Source: a virus (lineage: Duplodnaviria > Caudoviricetes). From it: DNA of 64,000 nucleotides. Each line of letters starts with the position of its first letter. The first letter of the stretch is position 1. The notes below the pieces were generated by a model that was not told the DNA's origin, did no database searches, and worked only from the letters and a program-made list of their open reading frames with translations. The stretch lies in the IMG/VR virus record IMGVR_UViG_3300014613_000025, positions 9,114 to 73,113 of that record. The stretch is one strand, 5' to 3'. Below, one piece after another: positions 1 to 9,766 of the stretch. The position numbers were made by a program, and so were the translations under genes.

Positions 1-492
1 ATCGTTGAGACGGGTTTTCGCATTGCCGCCGAACGCGACGCCGCGCGGTACGAACTGGAAGCCGAACGCGAGGAATGCAATCAGATCGTTGCTGCTATGA
101 ACCAAGCGGAAGACGAACGCGACGCCGCGCGGGATGAACTGTCCGAGCAGATCGGCGTGACGTACGAATTGCGCGCAGAACTCACCAAGGCTGAGTCCGA
201 ACGCGGCGCAGCGCTCGATCTGGCGTACATCGGAGAACACCGTTTCCCCGATCTCACCTACAAGGCGAGGCTTGAAGAGTGTGTGACAGACCTGCGCAAG
301 GCTGAGTCCGAACGCGACGCCGCGCGGGCCGAATTGGTGCGGCTGCAGTGGTCTCACTATGGCCCGTGTGGGCTGAAACAGTGCCCCAGGTGCTTCGGGT
401 ACTCCACGGAATACTCGGCTGATAGCGGGCTAACGCGAGGGCATAAGGCGAACTGTCTGTTGGCCGAAGCATCCGCGCTGGGGAAGCGATGA
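1..492 (+). CDS. Phage coiled-coil protein, 5'-truncated, with repeated ERDAAR motif
   Basis: Frame is open from base 1; gaacgcgacgccgcgcgg occurs three times. Confidence 0.6.
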   Translation: MVETGFRIAAERDAARYELEAEREECNQIVAAMNQAEDERDAARDELSEQIGVTYELRAELTKAESERGAALDLAYIGEHRFPDLTYKARLEECVTDLRKAESERDAARAELVRLQWSHYGPCGLKQCPRCFGYSTEYSADSGLTRGHKANCLLAEASALGKR

Positions 493-686
493 CCCGCGAA
501 CCATTCAAGCACGTAGGCCACCGCTTCAAGCCGGTCAAGGGCCTGCCGTGGCCCGTGTGTATCGGATGCGGTCTCGTGCGCTTGCGCAACCCTATCACGG
601 AGTGGTGCGTGCGCCACGGATGCAACCATGAGGACCGCCCAGAATACAAGTCTGTGCTCAAACAGACCACATCGGAGAAGCGATGA
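489..686 (+). CDS. Small Cys-rich hypothetical protein
   Basis: ATGA overlap chain; CxxC motif. Confidence 0.5.
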   Translation: MTREPFKHVGHRFKPVKGLPWPVCIGCGLVRLRNPITEWCVRHGCNHEDRPEYKSVLKQTTSEKR

Positions 687-1039
687 CTGACACCCAAGAC
701 GACCGCCAGGTAGCTCGCCTACTGTGCGAGATAACGAAGATGTCGAAGACCATTGACGCGCTCACCAAGGCGCGGGACAATGCCGTAGAACAACTATATC
801 AGACCAGTACCCAACTGCGTGGCACGGAACGCCAGTTGTCGGGGTGGCGCGTGGACGCATACAACGCCGAGGGCAAACTGGCAGACCTGCGCAACGCGGC
901 GCAGTCGTTGTTTGATGCGTTGGACTATGTGCTAGGCCCGGAGTGGCGCTCTGACACGCTTGTCAATGGCGAGCAATCGGACGAAGTCAACGAGGCATGG
1001 TGTCGACTCGCTAAAGAACTTGGGAGGGACAAGGAATGA
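683..1039 (+). CDS. Hypothetical coiled-coil protein
   Basis: ATGA overlaps at both ends. Confidence 0.6.
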   Translation: MTDTQDDRQVARLLCEITKMSKTIDALTKARDNAVEQLYQTSTQLRGTERQLSGWRVDAYNAEGKLADLRNAAQSLFDALDYVLGPEWRSDTLVNGEQSDEVNEAWCRLAKELGRDKE

Positions 1040-1422
1040 CACGCAAAGCGGAAGAGTCAATACGTCGACTAGCATGCCTGCACAACCAAGCGGAGCACGG
1101 TCCGTGGTTGTGTGTGGCTGGTAGCGATGCCGCCAGCGAGAACTGGATACTAGCCAATACTGGCGCACATCCTGATACCGGCGAGGTTGTCTACATCACA
1201 ACGGACCACCTACGCGTGAGCGAGTGTCGCGGCAATGGCGCGGAAGCGGACGGCCAATGGATCGCTGAGACGCGTACGCTTGCGCCGGAACTTGCGCGAC
1301 ACCTCGACACCGTTATGCACCTACTCATCGAGCACAAGGACGCGTTGCCCCACGAGGTTATCGATTGGCTTGATGCCAACACTGGGACAGGCGACCAAGG
1401 CCAAGGCGAACTGCTGCCGTGA
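1036..1422 (+). CDS. Ead/Ea22-like phage protein
   Basis: HGPW...DGQWIAETR...LARHL pattern resembles the Ead/Ea22 family; SD aaggaa. Confidence 0.5.
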   Translation: MTRKAEESIRRLACLHNQAEHGPWLCVAGSDAASENWILANTGAHPDTGEVVYITTDHLRVSECRGNGAEADGQWIAETRTLAPELARHLDTVMHLLIEHKDALPHEVIDWLDANTGTGDQGQGELLP

Positions 1423-1466
1423 AGACCAACGGTTCCGGTTGGTTGTGTAATTGCTGACAGCGTCGG

Positions 1467-1493
1467 TTGACAGAACCGTAACATTGTGATAAC
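1467..1493 (+). promoter_or_regulatory. Possible sigma70 promoter of the replication operon
   Basis: TTGACA at 1467 with a weak GATAAC -10; spacing is non-ideal (15 nt). Confidence 0.3.
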
Positions 1494-1500
1494 AGGGTGC

Positions 1501-1677
1501 GCCATGGCAAACAAGAACAGGACTGCAAAGGCCGTGCTTCTGCGAGTGAACGACAGAGAGCGCGCAATGATTGAGTGGATGTCGCAACAGTCGGGGTTGA
1601 ACCTGTCCGACACCGTTCGACAAGCGGTGCGAGAGGAGTACTCGCGTCGCTGCGGACGGGAGAAGGTGGCAGCGTGA
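1501..1677 (+). CDS. Ribbon-helix-helix (CopG/Arc-like) DNA-binding protein
   Basis: AVLLRVNDRERAMIEWMSQQSGLNLSDTVRQAV: beta-strand plus two helices. Confidence 0.65.
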   Translation, partial: AMANKNRTAKAVLLRVNDRERAMIEWMSQQSGLNLSDTVRQAVREEYSRRCGREKVAA

Positions 1678-2357
1678 AGAACCTAGAAGCGTTCAGATGG
1701 GGCTGCTATGCAGCGGGAGTGTGCACAGACGACGACGGCATCATGTTGTGCCCATTCTGTGGTGGTCACAACACGCACCATGCCGCAGTGACGGTGCACG
1801 ACTCTGGCGGAGAGAACGACGACGGCAAAGAGACCTGCGTGATTGGCAGCAACGTAGTATCAAGACCGGCCACCCGCGAGGAATTCCTTGGCAGGCGTAA
1901 CGATGTTGTGATATCGTTTTGGTGCGAGACGTGCCCAGCCGTTTGGGATCTTCAGATTGTCCAACACAAGGGGTCAACGTTGTTCCTTGTTGACCGCCAA
2001 CGCACGTCGTTAGATGACATCGAATCCACCTGCGAGTCTCCAATCGAGGTAGCACTGTTGCGTGCCATTGTGGCCACCGGAGACATACCGCTTGACGCAA
2101 TACGCCCTCAACATGTTTTCGGTGGCTACCGGTTAGACTTTGCCATCCTACACAATGGCCGAAAGGTGTGCGTCGAAGCAGACGGCCACGACTATCACGA
2201 GCGGACCAAAGAACAGGCGTCGCACGACCGCGCACGAGACAGGGCGTTGACGCTTGCGGGTTGGTCCGTATTGCGATTCACAGGGTCAGAGATATACAGA
2301 GACGCTGGCGCTTGCGCGTCGCAAGTTGTTCAAGCCGTTGTTGACGAGGTGGCGTGA
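1674..2357 (+). CDS. DUF559/Vsr-like endonuclease domain protein with N-terminal Zn ribbon
   Basis: ESPIE...YRLDFA...VEADGHDYH...HDRARD...GWSVLRFTGSEI; GTGA overlap start. Confidence 0.8.
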   Translation: MKNLEAFRWGCYAAGVCTDDDGIMLCPFCGGHNTHHAAVTVHDSGGENDDGKETCVIGSNVVSRPATREEFLGRRNDVVISFWCETCPAVWDLQIVQHKGSTLFLVDRQRTSLDDIESTCESPIEVALLRAIVATGDIPLDAIRPQHVFGGYRLDFAILHNGRKVCVEADGHDYHERTKEQASHDRARDRALTLAGWSVLRFTGSEIYRDAGACASQVVQAVVDEVA

Positions 2358-3352
2358 TGCCAACCTTTGAAGTGGATGACAAGCTGCACTCTCACCCCAA
2401 GACAGACTCGGCTGGTCTAGAAGCCATGGGGTTGTGGGTCGTTGCCGGGTCGTGGTCCGCTGACTACCTGACCGATGGATTTGTCCCCCAGGGACGCGCT
2501 CTCAAGTTCGGCGAAGTGTCCCTATGGGACAGGTTGGTGGACGCTGGTTTTGTTGAGCGCGTCGATGGCGGTTACCAGTTTCACGACTGGGACCACTGGA
2601 ACCGGACCGCTGTCACAATTCAAACCGGCAGAGCTAGAGCGGCCGAAAAGAAGGCGGATCAACGGGCAAGAAAGCGAGCATTGTCTAAGTGTCCCCAGGG
2701 GACACCTGCTAGGACATCCCCAGGGACATCCCAGGGGACTCCCCCAGGGAGTCTTATGGGGAGTCCCGACGTCCCACGCGCGCGCGTATCCCAGGCCTCC
2801 TCCTCCTCCGTTTCTCTTCCTACGGAAGAGTCGACGCCCGCCGCGCCGCCAACCGACAAGCCAACCAAGTCAACACAGCAATCGTTGACGTTGCCAAAGT
2901 TGGATCGAGGTTTTGGGTTCGGCCTATGGCAACCACGGTACAAGGCTAAGTATGGCGTGACGTATCGCTCGCCCAAGCAAAGCCCTGACGGCAAGATAAT
3001 GTCTTCTCTCGTTGATGAGGCAATGAGTGCCGCTCGCGAGCGAGCAGCAGAAACGCAAACGCTGTTCGACACAAGTACCGTTGCCGATGTGTTGGCGCAT
3101 TGGTTCGATTCGTACCTTGCGTCTGATAGTCAATTCTTGCAAACACAACGACACCCGCTCCGGTTCTTGCCGTCAGAGATAGGCAAGTACGGTTCTCCGT
3201 GGGAGACCGCAACCAGCATCGATGGCGATGACTTCGAGTGGACCGACGAGGGACCAACTACTCCACCGGAAGACCCTCCTGGAACAGAGTACGTCAAACC
3301 CGAAGAGATAAACGCTTTCGTTGAGCAACTTGCATTCGGTGAGCCAACATGA
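2354..3352 (+). CDS. Phage replication initiator-like protein
   Basis: N-terminal KLHSHPK...GLW...DGFVP; internal iteron-like repeats; directly upstream of primase and helicase. Confidence 0.65.
   Translation: MMPTFEVDDKLHSHPKTDSAGLEAMGLWVVAGSWSADYLTDGFVPQGRALKFGEVSLWDRLVDAGFVERVDGGYQFHDWDHWNRTAVTIQTGRARAAEKKADQRARKRALSKCPQGTPARTSPGTSQGTPPGSLMGSPDVPRARVSQASSSSVSLPTEESTPAAPPTDKPTKSTQQSLTLPKLDRGFGFGLWQPRYKAKYGVTYRSPKQSPDGKIMSSLVDEAMSAARERAAETQTLFDTSTVADVLAHWFDSYLASDSQFLQTQRHPLRFLPSEIGKYGSPWETATSIDGDDFEWTDEGPTTPPEDPPGTEYVKPEEINAFVEQLAFGEPT
2690..2773. repeat. 12-bp-period direct repeats (candidate origin iterons)
   Basis: tgtccccagggg / acatccccaggg / acatcccagggg / actcccccaggg / agtcttatgggg; related copy at 2481-2495. 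Confidence 0.65.
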
Positions 3353-4395
3353 GCGAGCACAGGGATACCGTTGCGCAAGCGTGGGCGTCGCGTGGGCCGT
3401 TTGGCGCGTGCGACTTGCTCAATGTGCGATACGAGCGCAACGGGCGCAACGCGGTAGTGTCGTGTCTGTGGCACGCTGACAAGTCGCCATCGTGCAACGT
3501 GGCAATCGGCCCAAACGGTACGCTACGCTTCCACTGCTTCGCATGCTCGCAGTCGTGGGACATCTTCTCAGCGGTGGCAGAACGCGATGGCCTCGACGCG
3601 TCCACCGACTTCCCGAAGGTGTTGTGTCGTGCCGCTGAGCTTGTGGGTTGTTGGGATGTCGTTGATGACATCGAGGGTCGCGAGACTAAACGCGAGGCAA
3701 AGCCATTGCCGGTTCAATCTGTACCGGTTGAGGTTGAGCGCACCTATCCAGACCCGAAAGAGATTGCCAACCTTGTGGGTCAGTGCGTAACGTGTGACTC
3801 CGACCGTGGTGTGTGGGACTGGCTCAAGGGTCGCGGGTTGAACGCCTTTGCGGTTGCGGTTAGAGACCTGGCCTACGCGTTGCCTGAAGACGCCACCCTT
3901 CCGTTTTGGGCTAAGTATCGAGGCAAGACATGGGTTGAACTTGGACACCGACTGATTGTCCCGTTGTTCGACAGTGAAGCACAAGTGCGAAGCGTGCGCG
4001 CGGGTCGTATCGTTGATGGTGAGTCGCCTAAGCGCTTGCCGCCATCGGGCCACAAGGCAAGCGGATTGGTTATGCTTGACTCGATGGGCCGCGAGGCATT
4101 CCGCCTTGGCGCGTGGCCCTCGTGGGCGACTGGCGAATCAAGGTTCGTTGTGTGCGAGGGCGAGCCAGACTTCTTGTGTTGGGCCACACATAACAACAAG
4201 TTGAACGAGTGCCCCAAGCATGCAGTGATTGGCATCTACTCAGGTTCGTGGTGCGATGATATCGCGGCAAGGATTCCTGACGGGTCAAAGGTTGCCATCT
4301 GGACTGACGCCGACGACGCTGGGGACAAGTACGCCGCAATCATCCGCAAGTCATTGGAGCACCGTTGCTCCGTCATTAGAGGTAAGTATCAATGA
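3349..4395 (+). CDS. DNA primase (CHC2 zinc finger + TOPRIM)
   Basis: CLWHADKSPS...FHCFAC; VVCEGEPDFL; WTDADDAGDKYA. Confidence 0.85.
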   Translation: MSEHRDTVAQAWASRGPFGACDLLNVRYERNGRNAVVSCLWHADKSPSCNVAIGPNGTLRFHCFACSQSWDIFSAVAERDGLDASTDFPKVLCRAAELVGCWDVVDDIEGRETKREAKPLPVQSVPVEVERTYPDPKEIANLVGQCVTCDSDRGVWDWLKGRGLNAFAVAVRDLAYALPEDATLPFWAKYRGKTWVELGHRLIVPLFDSEAQVRSVRAGRIVDGESPKRLPPSGHKASGLVMLDSMGREAFRLGAWPSWATGESRFVVCEGEPDFLCWATHNNKLNECPKHAVIGIYSGSWCDDIAARIPDGSKVAIWTDADDAGDKYAAIIRKSLEHRCSVIRGKYQ

Positions 4396-5378
4396 CACGA
4401 GACGCAAACGATGTTCTGTTGTCGAAGGGTCGGTTGCCTGACCCATTCGAACCTGAGACGTCGGACGATATCGTTGACATGAAGACGTCGCTACGTGACG
4501 CGCTCACCGACGTGACACACAGAATGCAACGCAACGGAGAACTTGCTGGAGCGTGCACTGGATACACGAAGATCGACAACGCCATCGATGGTTGGCAACG
4601 CGAGCAGGTCTACGTGGTCGGCGGGCGCAGCGGCATTGGCAAGTCAGTGTTCGGCCTCAACGTCGCAATGCGTTTTGCCGATCGAGGTCTTGGCGTCGAC
4701 TTCATTACTCTTGAGATGCCAATCGGACAGCAGGCATTGCGTGCCATGTTCTGCAAGTCTGGGGTCGAGTCTCATCGGTTGAAGTTCGGGACTATGCGTC
4801 CCACCGACTTCGCCGACATGGTTCAAGCCAACCGCCACATGTGCGATTGGACGTGGGCCTGGAACCCAAAGTCAACGCTAAACATCGAAGGCATCCGCGA
4901 ACACATCCAACGGGTCAAGGCGCACTTCGCATCGAAGGGGAAAGAACTTCACGCTGTGTTCATTGACCACGTCCTAAACATCAAGGGATCGAACCTGCGG
5001 CAACCAAGGCGTGAACAACTGATACACATCACGCAGCAGTTGAAGTCTATTGCTAAAGATGAGCACGTTTGCATGGTGGCATTGACGCAACTAAACAGGT
5101 CATTGGAGCAACGCGGGGTGAAGGACAAGCGGCCTCGCATCTCTGACCTAAAAGAGTCCGGTTCGTTCGAGGAAGACTCCGACGTTGTCATGTTGCTGTA
5201 TCGTGCGGACAGGTACGAAAAAAACCGCGAGCGATGGAACTACGAATTTGAGGTGTCGTTGCCGAAGATTCGCGGGGGCGAGGACGGGGTGTGTTCGATT
5301 CTGAAGTTTGACGGCCCACGCTACCGTATCGACAACAACGAGACGGATACGGGTAGCGACACGGACCCAAACCGTTAG
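4392..5378 (+). CDS. dnaB: DnaB-type replicative helicase, motor domain only
   Basis: Walker A GGRSGIGKS; TLEM; FIDH; LTQLNR; RPRISDLKESGSFEEDSDVV. Confidence 0.92.
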   Translation: MTRDANDVLLSKGRLPDPFEPETSDDIVDMKTSLRDALTDVTHRMQRNGELAGACTGYTKIDNAIDGWQREQVYVVGGRSGIGKSVFGLNVAMRFADRGLGVDFITLEMPIGQQALRAMFCKSGVESHRLKFGTMRPTDFADMVQANRHMCDWTWAWNPKSTLNIEGIREHIQRVKAHFASKGKELHAVFIDHVLNIKGSNLRQPRREQLIHITQQLKSIAKDEHVCMVALTQLNRSLEQRGVKDKRPRISDLKESGSFEEDSDVVMLLYRADRYEKNRERWNYEFEVSLPKIRGGEDGVCSILKFDGPRYRIDNNETDTGSDTDPNR

Positions 5379-5389
5379 GGGGTAGATGT

Positions 5390-5875
5390 ATGCGAGTGCT
5401 AGGCATTGACCCAGGTGTTCACGTTGGTTGGTGCGTGGTTGACATGTTCGCCAAACCCGAATGGGTGGCGCATGGTGTTATCGAGTGTCAACCCGGCGAC
5501 GAACTGGATACGGCTAACGAGCTTTGCGAGATAGTCGCGGAGCACAATACCGCCTTGGTAGCCATTGAGGACTACGCGCGCCGGTTCGTGTCGCCAAAGG
5601 CAGCACAGCAGATGATTCAGGCGGCGCAGTCGTGTGGTATGATTCGCGGGTTGCTGACAGCGTGGCTTGAGCCGTCGTCAGGCGTTGACGTTGTGGCCTA
5701 CCCGGCAAACGTCTGGCGCAAAGCTATAGTTGGGAACGGGTCGGCGAAGGATGCGAAGATCGAATGGGCCTTGCGTGAACTGCACCACGTGACGGACATG
5801 CCAAGGCGCACTAACGCTCACGTGCGAGACGCTTGCGGGTTGGCAATCTATGCGGGTCGCGAGGTGGACCAATGA
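5390..5875 (+). CDS. ruvC: RuvC-like Holliday junction resolvase
   Basis: VLGIDPG, VAIED, RKAIVGNGSAKDAKI, RDACGLA. Confidence 0.8.
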   Translation: MRVLGIDPGVHVGWCVVDMFAKPEWVAHGVIECQPGDELDTANELCEIVAEHNTALVAIEDYARRFVSPKAAQQMIQAAQSCGMIRGLLTAWLEPSSGVDVVAYPANVWRKAIVGNGSAKDAKIEWALRELHHVTDMPRRTNAHVRDACGLAIYAGREVDQ

Positions 5876-6063
5876 TGCGCCTTGGTAAGTGGGGGCTGGA
5901 TACCAAGTGGTATCGCATCCGCTCCGAGTCGTACGGCCTTGGCGTTGACGTCGACACGTGGAACCAATTGGTTGGGTTGGAGATAGCCAACGCGGAGGTG
6001 TGGGTGTGCGTGCCAGGTTGGGGTAGGCGTGTTGTTTTGCGAATTGGTCACGAGCACGGTTGA
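5872..6063 (+). CDS. Hypothetical protein
   Basis: SD gagg, ATGA overlap. Confidence 0.45.
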   Translation: MMRLGKWGLDTKWYRIRSESYGLGVDVDTWNQLVGLEIANAEVWVCVPGWGRRVVLRIGHEHG

Positions 6064-6102
6064 CAATGCGACGGCAGTGGTTATCGTTGAGGTGGAGGCA
6101 AC

Positions 6103-6351
6103 ATGATTGACCCGAAGGCTATCGAGGATGCTAGGTACATATCGTCCATGGGTGCAGCCTGGTGCGGTTCGCCTCGCAGTGTTGTGGTTGCCCGTGCATT
6201 GCTCGCCGAGCACGACCGGCAGGAACGGCAGCGGTGCGGGACGTGCCGGTGGATGGACATGAGCGAGTGTCTCAGAATCCCTGGCGCGTGGATTTCTACA
6301 TGCGAACACACATCGTGCTCGTGGTGGCAGGCAAAGGACGGTGCGGAATGA
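6103..6351 (+). CDS. Small Cys-rich hypothetical protein
   Basis: SD ggagg; CGTC...CSWW. Confidence 0.55.
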   Translation: MIDPKAIEDARYISSMGAAWCGSPRSVVVARALLAEHDRQERQRCGTCRWMDMSECLRIPGAWISTCEHTSCSWWQAKDGAE

Positions 6352-6626
6352 CCGACGATGAACTGGCGCAGGTCAAGGCGATTGTTAGGGGGTTCGCGTG
6401 GCCGTGTGGAGCATCACTGCGGAGCATCCTAACGGACCTTGATGCGCTGCCTGTGCATGGCACGTGCGAGACTTGCGCAGAGTGGATGACGTTTGAGGGC
6501 AGGCCATGCGGTTCCCTCGAACCTGGGCATGGTGAGTGCGGAGAGTGGGAACGCGCTAGCTACTACGCAATCACGCGCAAAGAGGAATACTGTTCGTGTT
6601 GGATAGCGAGAGGTGGCAACGAATGA
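6348..6626 (+). CDS. Small Cys-rich hypothetical protein, similar to the upstream one
   Basis: ATGA overlap; CETC...CSCW. Confidence 0.55.
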   Translation: MTDDELAQVKAIVRGFAWPCGASLRSILTDLDALPVHGTCETCAEWMTFEGRPCGSLEPGHGECGEWERASYYAITRKEEYCSCWIARGGNE

Positions 6627-6814
6627 CCGACGAAGAACTGCAGGCAATCTGGGAACGGGTCGAAGCTGTTGGCGACAACTGGAGGACGTGGGACGAATTG
6701 CATGACAACGCTATCACCGACATCCAGGCCCTCCTCGCCGAAGTCGACCGGCTGCGCGCCTTGGCGATGCGGTGGGAAGCGGTAGCGAGCGAACTTGGTG
6801 TGTCCATCGCGTAA
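6623..6814 (+). CDS. Ead/Ea22-like small protein
   Basis: MTDEELQAI...DIQALLAEVDRLR. Confidence 0.55.
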   Translation: MTDEELQAIWERVEAVGDNWRTWDELHDNAITDIQALLAEVDRLRALAMRWEAVASELGVSIA

Positions 6815-6991
6815 ACAGGAGGCAACCAGCCCACCTAGCCAAACATGGCCAACGCTGGCGTGACGTTGGCTTAGGAGGGCCGTTTGGGTTGTCGCGCGTG
6901 GTAGGAGGCATGACGGAACGAAAGGCCGTCCTAGATACCGCTACGGCCCAGCAAACAGGTGTTACGTTTTGCAACAGGGAGGCATGGTAGA

Positions 6992-7267
6992 ATGGCAACG
7001 ATTCAATTGAACGAGGGTGCGCGGCTCGTGGGAACCACAGGGCCGACGCAGTGGACGCTAGAAACGCTGCGCATTGCGGGACCAAACGCCAAGAACCCTG
7101 GCGAGGAACACTGGACGGGTGTCGGTTGGTGGCCAAAGTTGGGGATGGCGTTGACCCACGTGCTAGAGCACGACATCGCGGGGTCGCAAGCGGAAGGTAT
7201 CGCCGAACTGAGGGCCGTTGTTCTCGCCGCTCGCGACGATATCGTTAGCGCGGTAGGTGGGTCGTGA
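6992..7267 (+). CDS. Hypothetical protein
   Basis: SD ggagg; GTGA overlap with next gene. Confidence 0.5.
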   Translation: MATIQLNEGARLVGTTGPTQWTLETLRIAGPNAKNPGEEHWTGVGWWPKLGMALTHVLEHDIAGSQAEGIAELRAVVLAARDDIVSAVGGS

Positions 7268-7557
7268 GTGACGCGCTAACAACCAAGCAGTGCATGATTG
7301 AACTGATAGCCATGGCGCAACTGATGGGCAGACCCAACGAGCAAGCGCAAGTGCGAGACGCCATCGTGTGGGACGGACAGGTTAGCGGCTACTACAATCG
7401 CGACTTCGCCGAAGACGCGCGCGCTCACCTGTGCAACGCGCTAGTGTGCGTGGCTACGGCCATCGCCTACGGGGCAGAGACCGGCGAGAACTTCGACGCG
7501 CTGCACGACATCGCTGAGGTGTGGTTCGACCTGGAGGATAGCAGTGTCACCGGCTGA
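7264..7557 (+). CDS. Hypothetical protein
   Basis: Overlap chain. Confidence 0.5.
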   Translation: MSDALTTKQCMIELIAMAQLMGRPNEQAQVRDAIVWDGQVSGYYNRDFAEDARAHLCNALVCVATAIAYGAETGENFDALHDIAEVWFDLEDSSVTG

Positions 7558-8041
7558 ACGGGTTGAGGCAATCCTGAAGCGTTGTCGTGGTAGACAGGTA
7601 TGGCGTGACAACATGGCAATCAATCAACAACGAAACACTGAACGCGTCATCAAGCGAAAGCAAAGGGTCAAACTGTCCAAGGCGTGGCTGCTAGAGCAGT
7701 ATGTCATTCAGCGTCGCAGTACGGCATCGATAGGCAAAGAGCGGAGATGCTCGCCCTGTTCCGTGTCAACAGCACTGCGGCGTTGTGGCATAGCGATACG
7801 ACCCGTGAATACGCCAGACATTGACGACCCCGAACGCATCGCTGAGATGCGCAAGCACGACAAGCCCGATTGTGTGTCATATCGCACATGCCTGACAACG
7901 GCGTTCAACCTTGACACTCCGTGCGTGTGCGAGCAAGGTTGTCGACGCTACCAGGCGGAACCCGCTGCGCTTCGCATCGAGCGAGTCTCACCACTGCGCA
8001 GTGCTATGGGCTGGTTCGTCGGCGAGGATTCCGACACGTGA
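7544..8041 (+). CDS. Hypothetical protein with possible HTH segment
   Basis: WLLEQYV...STASIG...SVSTALRRCGI. Confidence 0.45.
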   Translation: MSPAERVEAILKRCRGRQVWRDNMAINQQRNTERVIKRKQRVKLSKAWLLEQYVIQRRSTASIGKERRCSPCSVSTALRRCGIAIRPVNTPDIDDPERIAEMRKHDKPDCVSYRTCLTTAFNLDTPCVCEQGCRRYQAEPAALRIERVSPLRSAMGWFVGEDSDT

Positions 8042-8274
8042 GCGTGAAGTCGCGCAAGGCCATGGTTGACAGGGCCAAGTCGATGGTTACTGTTGACATC
8101 ATGAACCCCGGCGAGCGCATCGACCCGCTACCCGAAGCCGTGGCGTGGTGTCTCGCGTCAAGGTGGTCGTTTACGTGTCGGGTGTGTGGTTCACGCGTAG
8201 CGGTATCGTCGAAGGCATTGCCGCACGACTGGATTGCAAAGCACCGCGAGTGCGAGGGAGGCGAGAGTGCCTAA
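8038..8274 (+). CDS. Hypothetical Zn-ribbon protein
   Basis: GTGA overlap; CRVC...HREC. Confidence 0.45.
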   Translation: MSVKSRKAMVDRAKSMVTVDIMNPGERIDPLPEAVAWCLASRWSFTCRVCGSRVAVSSKALPHDWIAKHRECEGGESA

Positions 8275-8473
8275 GCTATACGAGATTCCCAACGGGTCAA
8301 CCGTTGTGGCTGAATGCAGCGACGGTAGCACATGGCTAACGTTCCACCGCATCGATGGTATGTATTCGGTTTGCACGACAGAACGTGGTGCGCTGGCGCA
8401 CTTGTATGCGTGCTCTGATATGCGGTTGCGGGATGACGGCAAGTACGAACTAGAGGGAGGCGAGAGTGAGTAA
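8267..8473 (+). CDS. Hypothetical protein
   Basis: SD ggagg before GTG. Confidence 0.45.
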   Translation: MPKLYEIPNGSTVVAECSDGSTWLTFHRIDGMYSVCTTERGALAHLYACSDMRLRDDGKYELEGGESE

Positions 8474-9422
8474 CATCGAAGTCGGTATGTGGGTCAAGGA
8501 CACTTGGTATCCTGGTGCCGGTGTTGCTGTGGTAACAGCGGTAGACAAGGACGGCATTGTAGAATGTTTGCACAACAAAAAACTTGACTCCAAGTCGTCG
8601 TGCCAAGCGGACAGGTTGGTTCCAGTCGACGACTCCGCGCGCGTCAAGGTTGGTGCTCGCGTGCGGTGGTTGCAGAACAACCACCACGTGGAAGCCGGGG
8701 TTGTGGACCTCGTAGATGAGAGTGACAACATGGCACACGTTGAGTATTTCGGCATCAACAGGTGGGTGCGCCTGCACAAGTTGCACGTCATCGAGGACGC
8801 CCCGGTCAATGTGAAGGGTGTTGCTAGCGACGGCGCGGCGATTGTTGGCGTTGCCACGTCAAAGACAACGTTCACTAACACCAAGTATGCAACGCAAGCC
8901 GAACTGTCGAACGCTGCATTTCTGCCAGTGGTCGCACACGCGGCATCGCAAGCCATCATCGCTGACAGGTACAAGCGCATTGAAGCGTTGTTCCGCGAGC
9001 ATGATTGGTTGTCGCCATCGAAGCCGGTCTGGCACCCTACGCAACTGGACGGCTACATGGGTGCGAGACACCTTGACTTTGACGGCAACATCACTGTCAC
9101 CGAGGTCAAGACGCGTTCCACCGTTGATGCGAAGCCGTGCTTGCGCGAACGTCTAGCGCGAGCGTTTGGGTTGTCGCCAGACGCTAGTGACGACATCGTG
9201 GAGGCTACCGCGTGCAAGGCGTGGGATGGTGTCAGCGATAGGGCAACACGCCTTGATGTGGAATTGCGCGCACTGCGTGCAGACTACGCGGTAGAACGTC
9301 AGCGCGCGTTGGGATTGGCCGACGTGTGCGGAGAACAGACCACCACTAACGGTTGGCTAGAGACGGAGAACCGTGACCTGCTAGCAGAGAACGCAAGACT
9401 ACGTCGGAGACTGGACAAATGA
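8466..9422 (+). CDS. Hypothetical protein (SH3-like N-terminal repeats, C-terminal coiled coil)
   Basis: 318-aa ORF with SD ggagg; VGMWV and VGARV beta-rich repeats. Confidence 0.6.
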   Translation: MSNIEVGMWVKDTWYPGAGVAVVTAVDKDGIVECLHNKKLDSKSSCQADRLVPVDDSARVKVGARVRWLQNNHHVEAGVVDLVDESDNMAHVEYFGINRWVRLHKLHVIEDAPVNVKGVASDGAAIVGVATSKTTFTNTKYATQAELSNAAFLPVVAHAASQAIIADRYKRIEALFREHDWLSPSKPVWHPTQLDGYMGARHLDFDGNITVTEVKTRSTVDAKPCLRERLARAFGLSPDASDDIVEATACKAWDGVSDRATRLDVELRALRADYAVERQRALGLADVCGEQTTTNGWLETENRDLLAENARLRRRLDK

Positions 9423-9766
9423 GCTTCACCAGCGCTGAGATACTCGAAGAGTGCTTGTCGTCGGCATGCGTGCTAGACGCTACCCGATACGATAGACTCT
9501 TCGCATGGTCGGACTACTGCGAGACGCGCGACAACGAGGCCGCTCAGGACCGACGCCAGCGCCTGCGATGCATTCGAGGGCGCACGCGCTCGCAATGCGG
9601 TTGGTGCGGCAGCGAGATTGTGCGCGGGTTCGACCCTGGCCGACCGCGTGGGTTCTGTTGCCATTCACACAAGACCCGCGAGATGCACGAGCGATGCAAG
9701 CGGTTGAGGCGGGGGAGTGTTGCGGGTGGACAGGCGTTGTTGTTTGGGGAGGATGTGGGCCAATGA
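9419..9766 (+). CDS. Zn-ribbon protein with GRPRxFC motif
   Basis: CGWC...GRPRGFCC. Confidence 0.5.
   Translation: MSFTSAEILEECLSSACVLDATRYDRLFAWSDYCETRDNEAAQDRRQRLRCIRGRTRSQCGWCGSEIVRGFDPGRPRGFCCHSHKTREMHERCKRLRRGSVAGGQALLFGEDVGQ

Noticed and set aside
4380-4395. Programmed -1 frameshift joining primase and helicase
   Set aside because: No slippery heptamer in the short window after the -1-frame stop at 4383-4385.
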